Part shown: positions 1 through 8,350 of the stretch, one piece after another
Layout: each line of letters starts with the position of its first letter
How positions within the stretch are numbered: the first letter of the stretch is position 1
Source: Planctomycetota bacterium
GTDB taxonomy: Bacteria; Planctomycetota; UBA1135; UBA2386
Assembly: GCA_947501605.1 (NCBI GenBank)
Contig: CANMWZ010000036.1
Coordinates: 1-47,486, forward strand
Direction: 5' to 3'
Length of the DNA: 47,486 nt
The notes under the pieces: generated by a model
Told to the model about the DNA's origin: nothing
Seen by the model: the letters and a program-made list of their open reading frames with translations, nothing else
Databases searched by the model: none
Position numbers and translations under genes: made by a program

Positions 1-12
1 CAACCCAACTGA
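1..12 (+). CDS. 3' end of an upstream gene cut by the window edge (Q-P-N-stop), possibly another member of the small-paralog array
   Basis: CAA CCC AAC TGA followed by GGA and an ATG at 22. The 12-mer CCCAACTGAGGA (4-15) recurs at the end of the next gene (364-375, N-P-N-stop). Confidence 0.45.
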   Translation, partial: QPN

Positions 13-21
13 GGACTTCAC

Positions 22-372
22 ATGGACATGGCGATTCTCGGGGAGCTGATCGCGGCGTCTGCAGCGGGTCAGTCGTTCAGGGGCTTCTGGATTCCGGCTG
101 GCGGCAACGACGGCGTTGCGGGTTGCGAGGTGTTCTACAACAGCTCGGCAGACTCCTTCCTGCTGTATATGGAGACGAAGAGTTCCGACGGCGACGATTC
201 GACGGCCTCCAACATCGGCGTGGTCACCATCGCCAATGCGGGCTCGACGATCACGACCTACAAGTTCGACCTGAAAGAGGCCCAAGATCTGGTGAGGTAC
301 CGCCTCGAGAGTAAGAAGAGCAGCGTGTGCGTGCACCTGCAGTTTTCTCAACCCATGTGGAACCCCAACTGA
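22..372 (+). CDS. Hypothetical ~116 aa beta-rich protein, tandem paralog 1
   Basis: GAGGA RBS upstream and host-like codon usage. Shares IxGE, WxxxxG, GxE, LVRYR and QPxW motifs with 382..741. No signal peptide. Confidence 0.85.
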   Translation: MDMAILGELIAASAAGQSFRGFWIPAGGNDGVAGCEVFYNSSADSFLLYMETKSSDGDDSTASNIGVVTIANAGSTITTYKFDLKEAQDLVRYRLESKKSSVCVHLQFSQPMWNPN

Positions 373-381
373 GGAGCGATC

Positions 382-741
382 ATGACGAACCAGATCCAAG
401 GCGAGATCCTCTTCGACGGTTGGCCGGGCAGCAGCCCTGACGGCTACGTCTACAGCCCATGGACGACCGTGCGCGGGGATGTCGCGACGTTCGGGGTCGA
501 GATCGTGGTGGCTGGCGGTGGCACCGTGACGTGGGACGTGCAGACGCGGACGCTCGAGTTGCCAACTCCGACAGCGATCACGTCGCCGTCCACGGTTAGT
601 ACGGCCGGGGTCTACCTCGTGCAGAACACGACGGCATGCGAGCAGTTGGTGCGGTACCGGATGAAGACCCCCGGCACGACCAGCACGACGGCGTTCGTGA
701 TGGTGCGGGCGCTGCAGCCGTCTTGGCAGGTGGATCGCTGA
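382..741 (+). CDS. Hypothetical ~119 aa beta-rich protein, tandem paralog 2
   Basis: GAGGAG RBS overlaps the previous stop. Motifs YSPWxxxxGDxATFGVE, EQLVRYR and LQPSW align with paralog 1. Confidence 0.85.
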   Translation: MTNQIQGEILFDGWPGSSPDGYVYSPWTTVRGDVATFGVEIVVAGGGTVTWDVQTRTLELPTPTAITSPSTVSTAGVYLVQNTTACEQLVRYRMKTPGTTSTTAFVMVRALQPSWQVDR

Positions 742-800
742 GGAGTACGGTTTGAGGCGACCAGACCCCTTCCTTCTCGTTCCTTCTCGGAGCACCTGCC

Positions 801-1781
801 ATGGAATTTGCTGAGGTTGCACGGAGCCTGCCGCAGTTCGGGAAGTCGATGCGGAATTTGGCACGCAGCCGAGCGGAAGTGTTTAGAGGCTGTCGTGGGG
901 CGCTTTCTCGCAGTCGTGACATGTGCTTCGGATTCAATCGGGATGAGGCTTGCTCTTGTGCGGGGGCATGCGGATGCAAGAATGCGGTTGGCGGTTGTGG
1001 GTGTAAGTCATCAAGCGGAGATTGGGATGGCTCCAAATTGCGCAAGGGTCACCGCTTTTCCTCTGGGATGGTGCATATGGAAGCGATCGCGCACCTCCAT
1101 GACGAGCCGATTCAAAGTCGGATGACGATGGATGCAGTTGGGAGTGATGACTCGGGCGACGGGCCGACAGCAGGCGACGGATTCTGCTTGGCGGCACCGT
1201 ATTGCAGGGTCAAGATTCTTTGCGACCACCAAATCGTAGTTCTTGGAGTTGTGACGCCATACTACCATTGCCGATTCGTGCTAACGATGTGCAACGGCTC
1301 CAGCGCTACACTAGAGCTGGGCAGCGCCCTCGGTATTCCTTTTGGCCCGCCAGGCACGGGGGTACATCTTACACTTGATGGAGGGCGGCCGCAGCAACTG
1401 GTGCGCCCAGGAGGTGTTGGACGCAGTCCTGTGGAATTAGATCAGACCGAGCCGTGCCAATCCTGTGAAGATGTCTGCGGCATAGTGCTTTGCGTCCTTG
1501 CAAAGGCAGCGAGTTATCCTCTTGCAGTAACAGACAACAGGCTGAGGAAATCGGGATACGATCCGCTTGGGCCCAACTCTAACACCTTCGTGCGTTATGT
1601 GGCTGAGAAGTGCGGCCTTGCCATTAAGCCGAGAAGTCTCGGTCTGGACACGCCGGGCTTAGAGTGGTCGGTAGAGGACGTCGACGATTACGCGGCCGAC
1701 CGAATTCAGGAGTACAATGAGGCGGTGTCGGCAGGTGAGATTGAGGGGCAGATCATACGCGTGGGCGGCCGCGGATTATGA
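801..1781 (+). CDS. Cys-rich hypothetical protein with a C-terminal permuted papain-like (PPPDE/DUF3750-like) motif; possible toxin or effector
   Basis: GGAG upstream of the ATG. N-terminal CSCAGACGC..CGC cluster, then YYH and YDPLGPNSNTF motifs. GC is lower than in the flanks. Start codon uncertain. Confidence 0.6.
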   Translation: MEFAEVARSLPQFGKSMRNLARSRAEVFRGCRGALSRSRDMCFGFNRDEACSCAGACGCKNAVGGCGCKSSSGDWDGSKLRKGHRFSSGMVHMEAIAHLHDEPIQSRMTMDAVGSDDSGDGPTAGDGFCLAAPYCRVKILCDHQIVVLGVVTPYYHCRFVLTMCNGSSATLELGSALGIPFGPPGTGVHLTLDGGRPQQLVRPGGVGRSPVELDQTEPCQSCEDVCGIVLCVLAKAASYPLAVTDNRLRKSGYDPLGPNSNTFVRYVAEKCGLAIKPRSLGLDTPGLEWSVEDVDDYAADRIQEYNEAVSAGEIEGQIIRVGGRGL

Positions 1782-2638
1782 AGGAGCGATGTTTGTTGGG
1801 TGGAGCTTGGCAGTTTTCGCAAGTGCGGCCACTGCGCTTACGAATGGTAATGGCCCGGTTGATCCTCGTGCTCTCCGGCCTAACCGCCTCCTGTATCACG
1901 AGGGGCAACTACGGGGAATCGGGATTTGCTGACCCTGCTAGTCCGATGGTGGCCTCGATCGACCAACTGGTGACGGAGCTTCCTCGTCCTGGCCTTGGAT
2001 GGATGATCACGCTCACGCCGGGCGGCGACCGGGTGTATGCGGTGCTGATGTCCGCCCTTGAATTCCGTCGACCTGCAGGTTTCGGCGCTGGCGAGTTCGC
2101 AATGAACCAGGTGGGCTTCGCGGAGGACGAGAAGTGGCGACGAATGGTGAGTGGATGGCTCGCGGGAGGACCTGGCTTCGTGCGGTTGACCGAGGCGGAG
2201 GCCGGATCTGTGTGCATGGGCAGTGTCCAACCCATTTGGGTGCATGTGAGCGGGAACATGCTGATATTCACCACGGAAGAGGGTGGTGGGGGTGCGTCTT
2301 CATCCAGTGAGCAACGCATCAATGCAGAGCGTTGGGCGGTGGTGAAGAATCTCATGGCGGGGGAGTGGACGAATGACATGCAGATCGCGGTCGGATGGCA
2401 GGGTAGCGAGTCTACCCGTGTGCGTTCTATGGCGATCAATTGGCGCAATGAGCGTAGGTATGAAGTTCTGGATCGAGACGATATTTCGGAAAACCTGGCG
2501 GCGTTTGGGGGGGGCGGAGAGGTGAATTTCGACCAGCGGTCGGGACTGTACCGCTATAGGGATGCCTACGCAGAAGGGGAGTACACTCTCGCATTCATAT
2601 GCCTGTATCGAGCAATGGGAGTTGTCCTTGTATTCTGA
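1778..2638 (+). CDS. Hypothetical protein, probable lipoprotein (alternative start 1844/1850); possible immunity partner
   Basis: ATGA overlap with the previous stop. MARLILVLSGLTASC resembles a type II signal peptide with lipobox. Atypical composition. Confidence 0.55.
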   Translation: MKERCLLGGAWQFSQVRPLRLRMVMARLILVLSGLTASCITRGNYGESGFADPASPMVASIDQLVTELPRPGLGWMITLTPGGDRVYAVLMSALEFRRPAGFGAGEFAMNQVGFAEDEKWRRMVSGWLAGGPGFVRLTEAEAGSVCMGSVQPIWVHVSGNMLIFTTEEGGGGASSSSEQRINAERWAVVKNLMAGEWTNDMQIAVGWQGSESTRVRSMAINWRNERRYEVLDRDDISENLAAFGGGGEVNFDQRSGLYRYRDAYAEGEYTLAFICLYRAMGVVLVF

Positions 2639-2790
2639 AGGATCGCAACAGGAAATCGAGCCAGCAACTGAGCATGTCGGAAGGCCTCGATGCCTGTCGC
2701 CGTGGCCATCGGGCAGCCACTTTGCGACCGCTCCGGTCGCGCTCATATGACAAACAGACTGACACCATGAAGACCCACCCGGCTTTCGGT

Positions 2791-3510
2791 TTATTTGTCC
2801 CCCCGGAGACAACCGCTGCCCGCCGCCTCACCCCCACCCGCCGTCATCACCGCGACGAACTCCGCGTGCTCCCGGCTCGCAGTCCCTCGCGCCAAGACCC
2901 CCAACACCTCCCCCAACTCCAACCGAAGAATCGCGCCGACATCGAGCCACAGCCCGGCGAACGCGCGACTCTTCAACACCCCGTCCACAGCCTCCACGCG
3001 CTCGTACCGCGAGCCCGCGAGCCTGAACCAATCGATCGCGGCCTCGTCGACGCGCCAGACCAGATACTCCTGCACCCCGTTCCGCTGATACGCGCGGAAC
3101 TTGTCGTGCAGGTCGTAGCTCGCAGAACTGGCGGTAACCTCGACCGCGAGTTCCGGGGCCCCTTCGAGGTAGCCGCCGGGTCCGAGCCGCGACCGCCCGC
3201 CGCGCGCGAGGCGCAGTAGGGCGTCGGGTTGGACCTCGTTCTCGAGGTCGAGGCGAACGGTGGCGTTGTCGCCGAAGTCGACACCAGGCGTTGCGGCGGC
3301 GTAGACCCCGAGCCAAGTGAGCAGGCGACCGTGCGGGGCGGAGTGACGTGAGTGGCTGACGGGCGAAGGCATGTAGACGACTCCCTCGACGAGCTCCGCC
3401 TTCTTGCTCCGTTCCATCGCCGAGTAGCGCCGTTCGAACTCGTCGCGGCAGAGACGATCGCCATGGACCAGTTCGGGGACGGTGGGCATCGGAGGAGGGG
3501 AGGTCGTCAT
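2791..3510 (-). CDS. Uma2 family (DUF820) PD-(D/E)XK endonuclease-fold protein
   Basis: Motifs KAELVEGVVYMPSP, EVQPDALL, APELAVEV, DLHDKFRAY and GVQEYLVW. Start placed at MTTSPP (3510). Confidence 0.9.
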   Translation of the reverse strand: MTTSPPPMPTVPELVHGDRLCRDEFERRYSAMERSKKAELVEGVVYMPSPVSHSRHSAPHGRLLTWLGVYAAATPGVDFGDNATVRLDLENEVQPDALLRLARGGRSRLGPGGYLEGAPELAVEVTASSASYDLHDKFRAYQRNGVQEYLVWRVDEAAIDWFRLAGSRYERVEAVDGVLKSRAFAGLWLDVGAILRLELGEVLGVLARGTASREHAEFVAVMTAGGGEAAGSGCLRGDK

Positions 3511-3689
3511 GCCTTCACGACGCCGTGCAGGGGGAAGATAGCTCCTCCTCCGAACGGCAGCCAAGGGGGCCAGAACGCACGACCGGACCGACCGAACATC
3601 CCCCCGAGTTGCCCCGCAGACTTGCGCCGTTGCATCCAACCGGGAATCCTTGGCCCAGCCTCCGTAGTGGTGCAGCTTCGCCCCGACCC

Positions 3690-5423
3690 ATGACCGACTC
3701 GCTCCCAGATCCCACGCCCGTGAGCGCCGCCAACTGGGAAGCGTTCTACGCCAGCTACAAGAAGCCCGGTTACGTGCCCGGCTTCGAGATCACCAGCAAG
3801 CTCGGGGCGGGGATGTTCGGCCTCGTGTTCAAGGCCACGCGGCAGTCGATCGGCAAGGACTATGCGATCAAGTTCTTGAAGGTCGACGACGGCGAAGTGC
3901 GCCGCGCCGTGCTCCAGGAGCTCGATCAGGTTCGCTACTTCGCGCAGGTCGACCACCCCAATCTCGTCGCCATCGAAGACAAGGGCGAGGTCGACGGCAT
4001 CCCCTACATCGTGATGTCCTATGCCGGCGCGCAGACCTTGCGCGACCTGTTGCCGGGCGATGCGAGCACGCGCGGGGAAGCGCTCAACCTGCTGCTCCAG
4101 GCCTGCCGCGGCGTCGCCGCGTTGCACGAGCGCAGCCTCGTCCACTTCGACCTCAAGCCCGCCAACGTGTTCTTGAAGGGCGGGGTCGCGCGCGTCGGCG
4201 ACTATGGCCTCAGCAAGCTCGTTACGCACAGCCAACGCAGTCTGTCGATGGGGCGCGGCACGCCCTACTACATGGCGCCCGAGATGCTGCACAGGAAGGG
4301 GGACCATCGCAGCGACGTCTACTCGATCGGCGTGATGCTCTTCGAAGTGCTCTGCGGCGACGTACCGTTCAAGGGCGACAGCGAGTGGGCCGTGCTGAAG
4401 CAGCATGAGACAGCGGCATTGGCGTTTCCAAGCCACGTGCCGCCGCGCGAACGCTCGATCGTGCAGCGCTGCATGCACAAGGATCCAGACCAGCGCTTCC
4501 AGGCAGTCGGCGAGATGATCGCTGCGTTTGGGGCGCCACTCGGCGTTGGTGCCGCGAGTGTGCATGAGGCGCGAATGGGACGGACTGCTGCGAAGTTTGC
4601 GCCGCCGTTGCCACTCCGGCCAAGGCTCGAAGAGTCGCCGCCTGTGCCGCCAGCTGCGCCCAGTGCCGCAATGGCGCCGCCAAGTCAGAGACCGTTCCGC
4701 TCTGAGATGCCGACTCTCCGCAAGCGGTCGAGATTCTCCAGCGCAGTAGTCGTGCTCGGGTTCGTGGTCCTAGGGATGTGGCTCCTGTTTTCGGTCCGCG
4801 GCGGCCCGCAGATGGTGGTGTCCAGCTCATCCATGCCGGAGGCAGCCTCCTCCCGCGCGATTGGCAAACACGAACAGGCAGCGGTTGCGCGAGCGCCGCG
4901 CGACAGCGACTGGACACGCACGGCACGACGCGACATGGAGCGGGCCCGCGCCCAACTCGAAGCCCAGCTCAAGAGCTTCCGCTCGGAAGCGCCGCTCGAC
5001 TTCGAGCAGCGCGCTCGCGGCGTCGACCTCCCGGTGTTCGGTCCGCTCGCCGGGGTGGATGATGACTCGAGGAATGAGGTCCAGGGCCAGTTGCAGTTGC
5101 TCGAGGCGAGTCCCGACTATGACGAAGTGGTTGCAGCCGAGTTGCTCGGCCATGGCGTAATCGCCCTGAAGCTCGCGGCGGCTTCGCTTCAGGGGCGCGA
5201 TCTGTCGAGTAGTCCGCTGCCGGATGGCGTGCAGAACCTGCAGCGCTTTCTCCAGGAGGCGACCGGCGCGCGCGAGATCCGACTGCAAGATGATCCCACT
5301 GCGGCATTGGCTCTGCGACAGACGGTCAACACGCCGGTGCCTTCGATCTGGCTGATGTGGCTCGATCGGTTTGCCCCCAACGACGAGGCCTGGGCGACGT
5401 ACCAGCGTCTGCGCCGCAAGTGA
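3690..5423 (+). CDS. Hanks-type Ser/Thr protein kinase with one TM helix and an extracytoplasmic C-terminal domain
   Basis: GAGMFG loop, YAIK, HFDLKPAN, DYG, GTPYYMAPE and DVYSIG. A Pro-rich linker leads to the TM segment AVVVLGFVVLGMWLLF. Confidence 0.93.
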   Translation: MTDSLPDPTPVSAANWEAFYASYKKPGYVPGFEITSKLGAGMFGLVFKATRQSIGKDYAIKFLKVDDGEVRRAVLQELDQVRYFAQVDHPNLVAIEDKGEVDGIPYIVMSYAGAQTLRDLLPGDASTRGEALNLLLQACRGVAALHERSLVHFDLKPANVFLKGGVARVGDYGLSKLVTHSQRSLSMGRGTPYYMAPEMLHRKGDHRSDVYSIGVMLFEVLCGDVPFKGDSEWAVLKQHETAALAFPSHVPPRERSIVQRCMHKDPDQRFQAVGEMIAAFGAPLGVGAASVHEARMGRTAAKFAPPLPLRPRLEESPPVPPAAPSAAMAPPSQRPFRSEMPTLRKRSRFSSAVVVLGFVVLGMWLLFSVRGGPQMVVSSSSMPEAASSRAIGKHEQAAVARAPRDSDWTRTARRDMERARAQLEAQLKSFRSEAPLDFEQRARGVDLPVFGPLAGVDDDSRNEVQGQLQLLEASPDYDEVVAAELLGHGVIALKLAAASLQGRDLSSSPLPDGVQNLQRFLQEATGAREIRLQDDPTAALALRQTVNTPVPSIWLMWLDRFAPNDEAWATYQRLRRK

Positions 5424-5491
5424 CGAAGCAGGTCGCGGTGTCGCGGCATGTTGGATCCGGATAGCCTTCGGCGCCTTCTGGAGGATCCGCC

Positions 5492-5935
5492 ATGTGTCGT
5501 CTCGCTGTTCTTGCACTCGTCGCGCTGTCCGCCTGCGGTTCGTTTCGCCGCGATTCGTTCCCTGAAGCCCAGCAACTGGTCAGCGCCGTTGCACAGCGCT
5601 ACACCGAAGTGATCCGGCTCACGTTGCACACGGTGCCGAGCGGAGAAACGGAGTTGCGTACGATCGCGAGTACCGACCCCGCCCGCGTCGGCCGCCCGTC
5701 CGACCCAGAAGACGTGCAGGCAATGCGCAGCGGCGAAGAGGTTGTGCTCGAGGAGTCCGAGGCGATCGACGTGACCGTGCCGGTGCTGCAACTTCAGGGA
5801 GCTGCCACTGCGGTCGTTGGCGTCACGCTGCGGCACCCGGCCGGGCGTGCCCGCGAGGCTACGGTGCTGCGCGCCCGCGAGATTGCCCGGGCTGTTGCCA
5901 ATGCCGTGCAGCGTTCTCCCGAGCCGATGTGGTGA
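5492..5935 (+). CDS. Small lipoprotein, stand-alone PDC/Cache-like sensor fold
   Basis: GGAGG RBS and lipobox LSAC. IASTDPARVG...DVTVPV...GAATAVVGVT pattern is typical of PDC domains. Confidence 0.65.
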   Translation: MCRLAVLALVALSACGSFRRDSFPEAQQLVSAVAQRYTEVIRLTLHTVPSGETELRTIASTDPARVGRPSDPEDVQAMRSGEEVVLEESEAIDVTVPVLQLQGAATAVVGVTLRHPAGRAREATVLRAREIARAVANAVQRSPEPMW

Positions 5936-6003
5936 GCCTCGGCGCTGCGGTCTTCATCAGCGACTTCCCGTCCGCTGGTCGCGCTCTATAACGAGCCGTC
6001 CCG

Positions 6004-8241
6004 ATGACCGCGCTGTCGCCAGAATCCGCGCCGCTGCGCTACGTGCAGGTGGCGTTGAACTTGCCGTTGCGGCGTGAGTTCACCTATGCGCTGCCACGTG
6101 GTGTGCAGGCGAGGCCCGGCAATCGGGTGCTGGTCCAGTTTCACGGTCGCAAGCTTGGCGGCGTCGTGACGGCAGTGAGCGACACCTGCGACCTGCCGCC
6201 GCAGAAGGTCCGCACGATCGACAGCATCCTGGATGCGGAACTGCTGTTGCCCGAGAGTTTGCTGCGACTCGCGCAACGCATGGCCGACAACTACGGCTGT
6301 TCGCTCGGCGAAGCGCTCGACGCGACGCTACCTGCCGTTGCCAAGCAGCGCGGACAGCGGCGGTTGCCGCACCTCGAAGTGCATGGACCTCGCGACCTCG
6401 CGACGCTTGCCGTCGGCGAGTTGGAGGAGAAGCACCAGCAACAATCTCGCGTCCTGCGGGCCGTGCTCGAGTTCGGGGCTCCCATGCCGGTCATGGAAGT
6501 GCAGCGCCGGACCGGCACCAGCGACAGCCCCTGGAAGTCCTTGGTCAAGAGCGGGCTCCTGCGTCGCGTCATGGTCGCGGAAGAGCTGCGCGAGCTCTCG
6601 CCGTCGCTCGACGAGGCTGCGACTCGCCATGCCCTCAATCCTGATCAGCAACGTGCGGTAGACAAGGTGACCGTCGCTGTCGTCGCGGCTACCCATCGCA
6701 CGTTCTTGCTGCACGGCGTGACGGGAAGCGGCAAGACGGAGGTCTACCTGCGCATTCTCGAGGAGGTTCGCTCGCGCGGGCGTACCGGCATCGTGCTCGT
6801 CCCCGAGATCGCACTGACGCCGCAGACCGTCGGTCGCTTTGCTTCGCGCTTTCCTGATGTCGCCGTGCTCCACAGTGGCCTTACTTCATCGGAGCGCGGA
6901 CGCCAGTGGCAACGCCTGCTCCAGGGCAAGTCGGGCGTTGCCGTCGGTGCGCGCTCGGCCCTGTTTGCTCCGCTACAGAACCTCGGGCTCATCATCCTCG
7001 ACGAAGAGCACGAGACGTCATTCAAGCAAGACAGCACCCCCCGCTACCACGCTCGCGAGATGGCGATCGCGCGCGGCGAGATCGAGGGCGCCGTTGTCGT
7101 GCTCGGGTCGGCGACCCCAACGCTGGAGTCGATCGGCAAAGCCCGCCGCGGCGTCTACGAGTTGCTGACGCTGCCTGTTCGCGCTGGCTCCGGAACGCTG
7201 CCGAAGATCATCGTGCAAGACCTTCGCGGCGAGCCAAAGGAGCAGCGCAAGAATGGCATCGTGCTGTCGCGCACGCTCCAGATGCTGATGGAAGATCGTC
7301 TTCGCGCGCGCGACCAAGTGTTGCTGTTCTTGAACCGCCGCGGCTACGCGCCGGTGCTGCTGTGTTCGAGTTGTGGCGAGGGCATCAAGTGTGAGCACTG
7401 CGCGGTCTCGATGACTTGGCACAGCCGTCGCGCCCGCCTCATCTGTCATTGGTGCTGCAACGAGCTGCGAAGGCCAGAGATCTGCCCTACATGCCAGAGC
7501 CCTGGCATGCACGAACTCGGCGTCGGTACTGAGCGTCTGGAGGCCGTCGTCAAGCAGTTGTTTCCCGAGGCGATCACGGCGCGAATGGACGCCGACACGA
7601 TGGCCGAGCGGGGGGCGCACGAACGCGTGCTCACCGCGTTTCGCAAGCGCCACATCGACGTCCTGATCGGTACGCAGATGATTGCCAAGGGCCTCGACTT
7701 TCCGGATGTGACGCTGGTTGGCGTCGTGTCTGCTGACACAGGCTTGTTCGTCCCCGATTACCGCGCGGCGGAGCGCACCTTTCAACTGCTGTCGCAGGTC
7801 GCGGGTCGTGCAGGGCGGGCTGACAAGCCCGGCACCGTGGTGCTCCAGACGTACTGTCCCGACAATTACGCCGTCGCCGCCGCCAGCAAGCTGGACTACG
7901 ACTCGTTCGTTCAGCAGGAGTTGCGGTTTCGCAAGGAGACCGGCTATCCGCCGTTTGCGCGCTTGATCCGCGTGCTCGCCGAGGGCAATAGCGAGAAGGA
8001 GGCCCAAGAACTGCTTCAGGTCGCAATCGAGCCCGCGCGATTGCTCGAGGCCGTCGACGTGTTGGGGCCCGCGCCAGCGGTTGTTGCCAAAGTCAAGGAT
8101 CGTTGGCGGTGGCACATGCTCGCGAAGTGCTACACGACCGAGGGATTTGCGCGCGCCATGCAAGCGCTCGGCACGGTCGAAGATCGCGCGACGCGTACGT
8201 GCCGCGTGACCCTGGATGTCGACCCGGGCAGTCTGATGTGA
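6004..8241 (+). CDS. priA: Primosomal protein N' (replication restart helicase)
   Basis: GVTGSGKTEVY, LVPEIALTPQ, DEEH, four CxxC pairs, GTQMIAKGLDFP, QVAGRAGR and terminal DVDP. Confidence 0.97.
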   Translation: MTALSPESAPLRYVQVALNLPLRREFTYALPRGVQARPGNRVLVQFHGRKLGGVVTAVSDTCDLPPQKVRTIDSILDAELLLPESLLRLAQRMADNYGCSLGEALDATLPAVAKQRGQRRLPHLEVHGPRDLATLAVGELEEKHQQQSRVLRAVLEFGAPMPVMEVQRRTGTSDSPWKSLVKSGLLRRVMVAEELRELSPSLDEAATRHALNPDQQRAVDKVTVAVVAATHRTFLLHGVTGSGKTEVYLRILEEVRSRGRTGIVLVPEIALTPQTVGRFASRFPDVAVLHSGLTSSERGRQWQRLLQGKSGVAVGARSALFAPLQNLGLIILDEEHETSFKQDSTPRYHAREMAIARGEIEGAVVVLGSATPTLESIGKARRGVYELLTLPVRAGSGTLPKIIVQDLRGEPKEQRKNGIVLSRTLQMLMEDRLRARDQVLLFLNRRGYAPVLLCSSCGEGIKCEHCAVSMTWHSRRARLICHWCCNELRRPEICPTCQSPGMHELGVGTERLEAVVKQLFPEAITARMDADTMAERGAHERVLTAFRKRHIDVLIGTQMIAKGLDFPDVTLVGVVSADTGLFVPDYRAAERTFQLLSQVAGRAGRADKPGTVVLQTYCPDNYAVAAASKLDYDSFVQQELRFRKETGYPPFARLIRVLAEGNSEKEAQELLQVAIEPARLLEAVDVLGPAPAVVAKVKDRWRWHMLAKCYTTEGFARAMQALGTVEDRATRTCRVTLDVDPGSLM

Positions 8242-8263
8242 CGGCACGCTTTTGCCGTCCTGT

Positions 8264-8311
8264 GTGCTGCAATGCGTGCTGCAGAGCGTGCTGCAATACG
8301 TGCTGCGATGG
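8264..8311. repeat. 12-bp tandem repeat x4 (GTGCTGC-N5)
   Basis: GTGCTGCAATGC GTGCTGCAGAGC GTGCTGCAATAC GTGCTGCGATGG, lying between the convergent priA and radical SAM genes. Confidence 0.85.
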
Positions 8312-8350
8312 GTGTCGTGAGGTTGGTCGCAGTATCGAGCGCGGGGTAGG

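Noticed and set aside
1789..1932. Alternative short ORF MFVGWSLAVFASAATA after AAGGAG
   Set aside because: The RBS is only 2 nt from the ATG and the ORF lies inside the longer lipoprotein-like frame. A frameshift cannot be excluded but is unsupported.
2791..3510. Uma2 nuclease as part of a defence or toxin system with the upstream cassette
   Set aside because: It is convergent, has host-like composition, and belongs to a family that is often multicopy and scattered. No link is visible.
8264..8311. The repeat as a mini-CRISPR, or as the coding ORFs MQHALQHALQH / CCNACCRACC
   Set aside because: A 12-bp period is far too short for CRISPR and there are no cas genes. The ORFs overlap priA and merely translate the repeat.
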